64,000 nucleotides of DNA from Eledone cirrhosa (taxonomy: Eukaryota): positions 31,372,001-31,436,000 of the forward strand of contig OZ024748.1 of assembly GCA_964016885.1 (NCBI GenBank). Direction: 5' to 3'. The translations under genes were made by a program, and so were the position numbers. Position 1 is the stretch's first letter, and the number at the start of each line of letters is the position of its first letter. Below, piece by piece: positions 59,501 to 64,000 of the stretch. Under the pieces are notes generated by a model. It searched no databases. It was not told the DNA's origin and saw only the letters and a list, made by a program, of their open reading frames with translations.

Positions 59501-62500
59501 GGAGAGTGGGGGGGGGGTAGGTGGAGGACGACGTTTCGGGCATAAGCCCTTCTTCTGGTGAGAGTTCAAAAGGTGTGTAGGGGAGTGGTGGAGAGACATA
59601 TAGCGAAAGGAAACGGTGCGAATGAAAAATTAACAAATAAAGACAAACAATTGTAGGAACACAGGCAAAGAATCATATACGGAAAAAAAAGGGGTACGGT
59701 AACAAAATCAAACAGAGGTAATGCGTGGAAGGAAAGACAAAGTGTGGGAAGGTGTGTAAAGTTCGGAGAAAGGTCACGGCAGATTAGATCGGGGTTGAGC
59801 CGGTTGTTAAGTTAAGTTCCAAGGATGGAGGCCGTGTGAGCGTGTGTTTTGTATAATGAAAAATTGAACAGGGACAGAACAGAGAGGCAGTACGACAAAT
59901 GTTTATTAAATTCACGCTCAGGAGAGTGGGGGGTAGGTGGAGGACGACGTTTCGGGCATAAGCCCTTCTTCAGGTGAGAGTTCAAAAGGTGTGTAGGGGA
60001 GTGGTGGAGAGACATATAGCGAAAGGAAACGGTGCGAATGAAAAAATAACAAATAAAGACAAACAATTGTAGGAACACAGACAAAGAATCATATACGGAA
60101 AAAAAGGGGTACGGTAACAAAATCAAACAGAGGTAATGCGTGGAAGGAAAGACAAAGTGTGGGAAGGTGTGTAAAGTTCGGAGAAAGGTCACGGCGGATT
60201 AGATCGGGGTTGAGCCGGTTGTTAAGTTAAGTTCCAAGGATGGAGGCCGTGTGAGCGTGTGTTTTGTATAATGAAAAATTGAACAGGGACAGAACAGAGA
60301 GGCAGTACGACAAATGTTTATTAAATTCACGCTCAGGAGAGTGGGGGGTAGGTGGAGGACGACGTTTCGGGCATAAGCCCTTCTTCAGGTGAGAGTTCAA
60401 AAGGTGTGTAGGGGAGTGGTGGAGAGACATATAGCGAAAGGAAACGGTGCGAATGAAAAATTAACAAATAAAGACAAACAATTGTAGGAACACAGTCAAA
60501 GAATCATATACGGAAAAAAATGGGGTACGGTAACAAAATCAAACAGAGGTAATGCGTGGAAGGAAAGACAAAGTGTGGGAAGGTGTGTAAAGTTCGGAGA
60601 AAGGTCACGGCGGATTAGATCGGGGTTGAGCCGGTTGTTAAGTTAAGTTCCAAGGATGGAGGCCGTGTGAGCGTGTGTTTTGTATAATGAAAAATTGAAC
60701 AGGGACAGAACAGAGAGGCAGTACGACAAATGTTTATTAAATTCACGCTCAGGAGAGTGGGGGGTAGGTGGAGGACGACGTTTCGGGCATAAGCCCTTCT
60801 TCAGGTGAGAGTTCAAAAGGTGTGTAGGGGAGTGGTGGAGAGACATATAGCGAAAGGAAACGGTGCGAATGAAAAATTAACAAATAAAGACAAACAATTG
60901 TAGGAACACAGGCAAAGAATCATATACGGAAAAAAATGGGGTACGGTAACAAAATCAAACAGAGGTAATGAGTGGAAGGAAAGACAAAGTGTGGGAAGGT
61001 GTGTAAAGTTCGGAGAAAGGTCACGGCGGATTAGATCGGGGTTGAGCCGGTTGTTAAGTTAAGTTCCAAGGATGGAGGCCGTGTGAGCTTGTGTTTTGTA
61101 TAATGAAAAATTGAACAGGGACAGAACAGAGAGGCAGTACGACAAATGTTTATTAAATTCACGCTCAGGAGAGTGGGGGGTAGGTGAAGGACGACGTTTC
61201 GGGCATAAGCCCTTCTTCAGGTGAGAGTTCAAAAGGTGTGTGGGGGAGTGGTGGAGAGACATATAGCGAAAGGAAACGGTGCGAATGAAAAATTAACAAA
61301 TAAAGACAAACAATTGTAGGAACACAGGCAAAGAATCATATACGGAAAAAAAAGGGGTACGGTAACAAAATCAAACAGAGGTAATGCGTGGAAGGAAAGA
61401 CAAAGTGTGGGAAGGTGTGTAAAGTTCGGAGAAAGGTCACGGCGGATTAGATCGGGGTTGAGCCGGTTGTTAAGTTAAGTTCCAAGGATGGAGGCCGTGT
61501 GAGCGTGTGTTTTGTATAATGAAAAATTGAACAGGGACAGAACAGAGAGGCAGTACGACAAATGTTTATTAAATTCACGCTCAGGAGAGTGGGGGGTAGG
61601 TGGAGGACGACGTTTCGGGCATAAGCCCTTCTTCGGGTGAGAGTTCAAAAGGTGTGTAGGGGAGTGGTGGAGAGACATATAGCGAAAGGAAACGGTGCGA
61701 ATGAAAAATTAACAAATAAAGACAAACAATTGTAGGAACACAGACAAAGAATCATATACGGAAAAAAAAGCGGTACGGTAACAAAATCAAACAGAGGTAA
61801 TGCGTGGAAGGAAAGACAAAGTGTGGGAAGGTGTGTAAAGTTCGGAGAAAGGTCACGGCGGATTAGATCGGGGTTGAGCCGGTTGTTAAGTTAAGTTCCA
61901 AGGATGGAGGCCGTGTGAGCGTGTGTTTTGTATAATGAAAAATTGAACAGGGACAGAACAGAGAGGCAGTACGACAAATGTTTATTAAATTCACGCTCAG
62001 GAGAGTGGGGGGTAGGTGGAGGACGACGTTTCGGGCATAAGCCCTTCTTCAGGTGAGAGTTCAAAAGGTGTGTAGGGGAGTGGTGGAGAGACATATAGCG
62101 AAAGGAAACGGTGCGAATGAAAAATTAACAAATAAAGACAAACAATTGTAGGAACACAGGCAAAGAATCATATACGGAAAAAAAAGGGGTACGGTAACAA
62201 AATCAATCAGAGGTAATGCGTGGAAGGAAAGACAAAGTGTGGGAAGGTGTGTAAAGTTCGGAGAAAGGTCACGGCGGATTAGATCGGGGTTGAGCCGGTT
62301 GTTAAGTTAAGTTCCAAGGATGGAGGCCGTGTGAGCGTGTGTTTTGTATAATGAAAAATTGAACAGGGACAGAACAGAGAGGCAGTACGACAAATGTTTA
62401 TTAAATTCACGCTCAGGAGAGTGGGGGGTAGGTGGAGGATTTCGTTTCGGGCATAAGCCCTTCTTCAGGTGAGAGTTCAAAAGGTGTGTAGGGGAGTGGT

Positions 62501-64000
62501 GGAGAGACATATAGCGAAAGGAAACGGTGCGAATGAAAAATTAACAAATAAAGACAAACAATTGTAGGAACACAGACAAAGAATCATATACGGAAAAAAA
62601 AGCGGTACGGTAACAAAATCAAACAGAGGTAATGCGTGGAAGGAAAGACAAAGTGTGGGAAGGTGTGTAAAGTTCGGAGAAAGGTCACGGCGGATTAGAT
62701 CGGGGTTGAGCCGGTTGTTAAGTTAAGTTCCAAGGATGGAGGCCGTGTGAGCGTGTGTTTTGTATAATGAAAAATTGAACAGGGACAGAACAGAGAGGCA
62801 GTACGACAAATGTTTATTAAATTCACGCTCAGGAGAGTGGGGGGTAGGTGGAGGACGACGTTTCGGGCATAAGCCCTTCTTCAGGTGAGAGTTCAAAAGG
62901 TGTGTAGGGGAGTGGTGGAGAGACATATAGCGAAAGGAAACGGTGCGAATGAAAAATTAACAAATAAAGACAAACAATTGTAGGAACACAGGCAAAGAAT
63001 CATATACGGAAAAAAAGGGGTACGGTAACAAAATCAATCAGAGGTAATGCGTGGAAGGAAAGACAAAGTGTGGGAAGGTGTGTAAAGTTCGGAGAAAGGT
63101 CACGGCGGATTAGATCGGGGTTGAGCCGGTTGTTAAGTTAAGTTCCAAGGATGGAGGCCGTGTGAGCGTGTGTTTTGTATAATGAAAAATTGAACAGGGA
63201 CAGAACAGAGAGGCAGTACGACAAATGTTTATTAAATTCACGCTCAGGAGAGTGGGGGGTAGGTGGAGGATGACGTTTCGGGCATAAGCCCTTCTTCAGG
63301 TGAGAGTTCAAAAGGTGTGTAGGGGAGTGGTGGAGAGACATATAGCGAAAGGAAACGGTGCGAATGAAAAATTAACAAATAAAGACAAACAATTGTAGGA
63401 ACACAGGCAAAGAATCATATACGGAAAAAAAGGGGTACGGTAACAAAATCAAACAGAGGTAATGCGTGGAAGGAAAGACAAAGTGTGGGAAGGTGTGTAA
63501 AGTTCGGAGAAAGGTCACGGCGGATTAGATCGGGGTTGAGCCGGTTGTTAAGTTAAGTTCCAAGGATGGAGGCCGTGTGAGCTTGTGTTTTGTATAATGA
63601 AAAATTGAACAGGGACAGAACAGAGAGGCAGTACGACAAATGTTTATTAAATTCACGCTCAGGAGATTGGGGGGTAGGTGGAGGACGACGTTTCGGGCAT
63701 AAGCCCTTCTTCAGGTGAGAGTTCAAAAAGTGTGTAGGGGAGTGGTGGAGAGACATATAGCAAAAGGAAACGGTGCGAATGAAAAATTAACAAATAAAGA
63801 CAAACAATTGTAGGAACACAGGCAAAGAATCATATACGGAAAAAAAGGGGTACGGTAACAAAATCAAACAGAGGTAATGCGTGGAAGGAAACACAAAGTG
63901 TGGGAAGGTGTGTAAAGTTCGGAGAAAGGTCACGGCGGATTAGATCGGGGTTGAGCCGGTTGTTAAGTTAAGTTCCAAGGATGGAGGCCGTGTGAGCGTG
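20572..64000 (-). repeat. ~416-bp tandem satellite, ~104 units, running off the window; probably PLE pLTR-derived or retrozyme-like
   Basis: Period mostly 415-416 bp from the recurring ORF coordinates; only a few substitutions per unit; 397-bp and 555-bp variant units; HHR-like core plus AATAAA on the minus strand of each unit. Confidence 0.97.
20664..20695 (-). ncRNA. Minimal HHR-like core of the first satellite unit (repeated in every unit)
   Basis: Minus-strand array consensus AC-CTGAAGA-A-GGGC ttat GCCC-GAAAC GTC-GT: core, 4-bp stem II, palindromic ACGT helix III, GUC; stem I only ~2 bp in the consensus and 1 bp in this first unit. Confidence 0.6.

Noticed and set aside
20948-63756. Repeated 67-aa ORF ([11 protein letters not shown]...) as a tandem gene family
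   Set aside because: No recognisable domain; variants are often non-synonymous or frameshifting (~23182, ~54541, ~59510); its recurrence simply follows the DNA repeat

Overview
Eukaryotic (animal-like; the profile resembles cephalopod or other invertebrate DNA, which is only an inference) repeat-dominated DNA with no recognisable host gene. Positions 1-20571 are a mosaic of long (TA)n microsatellites separating transposon pieces. These include two disrupted Penelope-like retroelements (PLEs; RT plus GIY-YIG; one Naiad-like, one Neptune-like), several short PLE pLTR-like modules often in tail-out inverted pairs, a non-autonomous Helitron (plus a second end), a CR1/L2-type LINE 3' fragment and an internally deleted RTE-like element. 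From 20572 to the window end is a very homogeneous ~416-bp tandem array (~104 units). Each unit carries a minimal hammerhead-ribozyme (HHR)-like core on the minus strand followed by AATAAA, so it looks like a pLTR-derived, retrozyme-like satellite. Reading by eye, I find about eight unrelated type-I HHR-like families in the window, nearly all with a palindromic helix III (the dimer-cleaving PLE type). They include a U3:A8 core covariant and one case where an inverted duplication starts at the predicted cleavage site. All structures were folded by eye, and catalytic activity is untested.
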